This document shows, one piece after another, positions 61,494 to 64,000 of a stretch of 64,000 nucleotides of DNA. This DNA comes from Hormiphora californensis (taxonomy: Eukaryota; Animalia; Ctenophora), in the NCBI GenBank assembly GCA_020137815.1, contig CM035359.1:248001-312000 (forward strand). Direction: 5' to 3'. Under the pieces are notes generated by a model. The model was given only the letters and a program-made list of their open reading frames with translations. It was not told where the DNA came from and did no database searches. The position numbers and the translations under genes are program-made. The stretch's first letter is position 1, and each line of letters begins with the position of its first letter.

Positions 61494-62507
61494 ATGGATC
61501 GAGCGTTTTCAACATGGCAACATTCAGTTCCTGGCGACAATGCAGGTATAGCGGACTTCATCCGGCTAGAGACCTCAATCCTGGCTACTATGAGAAGAAT
61601 CGGGGGCTACCCTGACTCTAACAAGGAGGGTGGTGAATTTGATCCCAACAAGATCACTACCAGCAAACTATCGAGTCTTGACACCAACAAGAAGGTAAAG
61701 TTGATTGCAGACATGGCCGGTCTGCTCTGGTTCCGAGCTCTGCCACTGTCGAAGTTAGCTAGAAAACAGTTTGAGCTAGTGGAAGAAAAACCAAATCTTG
61801 ACGAGTCTAAGGAGAAGGTGGAGAAACTACTGGGACACTTAGAGCACACCAGAGACCGCCTCGACACTGTCAAGGACGAGCTACTGGAGCGTGACAGGAA
61901 AATGATCACCCTTCAAGAAGAGATTAGTGCCCTAAAAGACTCCATTATCTCGATGAAGGATTCTCAACTGGAGAGTAGCATCAGTGCTGTCCAGACTGTT
62001 GTAAAAGAGGAAATGAACAGCTACTCATCTGCCCTTCAGACCGCTGCTACCAATATGAAGCAGACGTGTGTATCTGCTCTAGCTCCCACCAAGATACGTG
62101 CTGCCCTGGCCAGCGCCACAGTTGACCGATCTGCGAATCTGATAGTCTATGGACTAGCCGAGAACAATGATGACAGCGACTCTACCAGGGTAAAGGAATT
62201 GTTTCAGAATTTGGCCGAGGCACCTGTATTGGTGGAGGTTGATAGACTGGGGAGGAGGCGTGATGAGCATGTGCGTCCTGTTCGTGTGGTATTGAGGAGC
62301 AGGGAAGTAGCTAGGACTATTTTGGGCAAATCTGCTCAGCTGAGGGACTCCGATACTCATCAGTCTGTATACATTTCCCCAGACAGAACTCTAGAAGAAA
62401 GGGCTGAAAGGAGGGATCTTGTTGCCAGAATGAGAGAGAAGAGGGAGAAAGAGCCAGAGAAGGTTTTTAGAATCAGGAGAGGTTCTGTTATCGAGATCAA
62501 TGAGTGA
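61494..62507 (+). CDS. LINE ORF1-like protein (coiled coil + RRM/CTD-like region), with no ORF2 downstream
   Basis: Heptad-rich middle, then RSANLIVYGLAE...RLGRR...RPVRVVL...VYISPDRTLEERAERRDL, motifs typical of CR1/L2-group ORF1p; intact 337-aa ORF. Confidence 0.8.
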   Translation: MDRAFSTWQHSVPGDNAGIADFIRLETSILATMRRIGGYPDSNKEGGEFDPNKITTSKLSSLDTNKKVKLIADMAGLLWFRALPLSKLARKQFELVEEKPNLDESKEKVEKLLGHLEHTRDRLDTVKDELLERDRKMITLQEEISALKDSIISMKDSQLESSISAVQTVVKEEMNSYSSALQTAATNMKQTCVSALAPTKIRAALASATVDRSANLIVYGLAENNDDSDSTRVKELFQNLAEAPVLVEVDRLGRRRDEHVRPVRVVLRSREVARTILGKSAQLRDSDTHQSVYISPDRTLEERAERRDLVARMREKREKEPEKVFRIRRGSVIEINE

Positions 62508-63304
62508 GTGATTTTATGTGTGAGAAGGGGAGAGACTGAGCTGCTATATCGTGTATGTTCTTGTGCTCGGGCGAGAATGAGAACGAGAGAGGGAGACATG
62601 AGCTTTGATAAACCGCTACATATTCACTTCATTTTTCAGAATTTCTATAATTACTACCATTATTACCTTTGAAGTGTGAAACATATTGTTCGGACACGGT
62701 GGGTACCAGGGTGGGGCATCCTGGTAAACGCACACAAAAGACCTTACCCGTCTTCGTGTTATTAGCCTTGATGCGGCACCCTGTATCCCCACCCAGTTTT
62801 GTCCAGTGTGGCTGGTTTTCTTGACATTATATATTTAATTTCGGCACATGCCACTGCCAGCGGCAGTTTTGATTGATTGATTGATTGAGGAAATAAAATA
62901 AGATACAACGAATATATATGATTATCAAGTTACATGTATGTACGTGTCTCTGATACACACGTGCTACCATCCAGGGCCTTAATTGTTTAGCTGTTGTTTT
63001 GTCTGTGCGGATGTCTCTCTCTCAAGTTTACTCCGTACTTCCGAGTTCCGGCCTTCTGCATGGCCTTGCCTAATATGAAAAAATTCAACAGACCTGCTAG
63101 ATGTGTAACAGTGGTGCTATTGGCCACACGCATAGCACCAGAAAATTAGATAGTCATTCGTGAATCTAACTTTCCTGGAAAGACAGAACAGATATATTTC
63201 TGGAAAATCTGAGAATCTGAGAATCTGTGTAGTGATCTACATTCTGTGGCCTTCTGTGAATAGTGCTTGTTAACCAACCATTATCATCTCTCTTTCTCTC
63301 ACTG

Positions 63305-63391
<87 letters not shown>

Positions 63392-63544
63392 AAATCTCAC
63401 AAATCTATCGCTTCTCTTTCCTAAGTCCTAAGTCCTGAAAGGAATATTTTCTCCGTCTTACTTTCCTTTTTATCTTTTAACATGATCGAAAAGTGCAGGA
63501 GAGAGAGGGAGAGAACGATAGAGAGAGATGAATTAGGGAATGAA

Positions 63545-63583
<39 letters not shown>

Positions 63584-64000
63584 CTTTGGACTACTCGTAA
63601 ATTCGATTGTCCATCGAAACTGAATGATGAGAAATAGGAAGGGAGGCTGGGAGAAATGAAGGTAAAGATAAATTCGATATATTTTTCGAAACGAAACTGC
63701 CCCTGCATAATGCAATTCCCAGATTCTGAGTATATTTTTTAATGATAACACGTACAGGAAAGAAAACTGTATTATATTTCCATCCTAGAAATCGAGGTGA
63801 GAGAAACAGACAAACATCAGCTGATTGAGAGACGAGTAGAGAGAGACAGAGGGACAGAGAGGGAGACAGAGAGACAAAGAGACAAAGAGACAGAGAGAAA
63901 GAGAGGCAAAGGGACAGAGAGAGAGACAGAGAGGCAAAGAGAGACAAAGAGAGACAAAGAGACAGAGAGACAGAGAGAGACAGACAGCGACAGAGAGAGA

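Overview
This is a repeat-rich animal genomic window, most likely from a ctenophore (Pleurobrachia-like). That guess rests on my recollection of the 109-bp CAGGAACC...GGTTCCTG MITE and the abundant (GA)n tracts; I did not verify it by search. I assembled spliced genes by hand. On the + strand: a single-exon secreted Lys/Arg-rich peptide (3433-3753), a two-domain F-type lectin (13134-15886), an acidic signal-anchored orphan ORF (22161-22826) and a 10-finger C2H2 protein (at least 46016-55133). On the - strand: a tight trio vezatin-CMC4-twinfilin (35748 to 24646), each with an AG acceptor 2-6 nt before its ATG. A 4-exon secreted Cys-repeat gene lies antisense in twinfilin intron 3, on a 1.6-kb segment that splits a 23-bp minisatellite in register. 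Mobile DNA includes a CR1-type LINE (full ORF2 with one internal stop), L2 fragments, a truncated Penelope-like element with two inverted minimal hammerhead ribozymes, a stand-alone LINE ORF1, and many non-autonomous TIR elements (piggyBac-, Kolobok-, hAT- and Tc1-like, plus oligo-G-ended types). Several frameshifts in conserved genes may be assembly errors.
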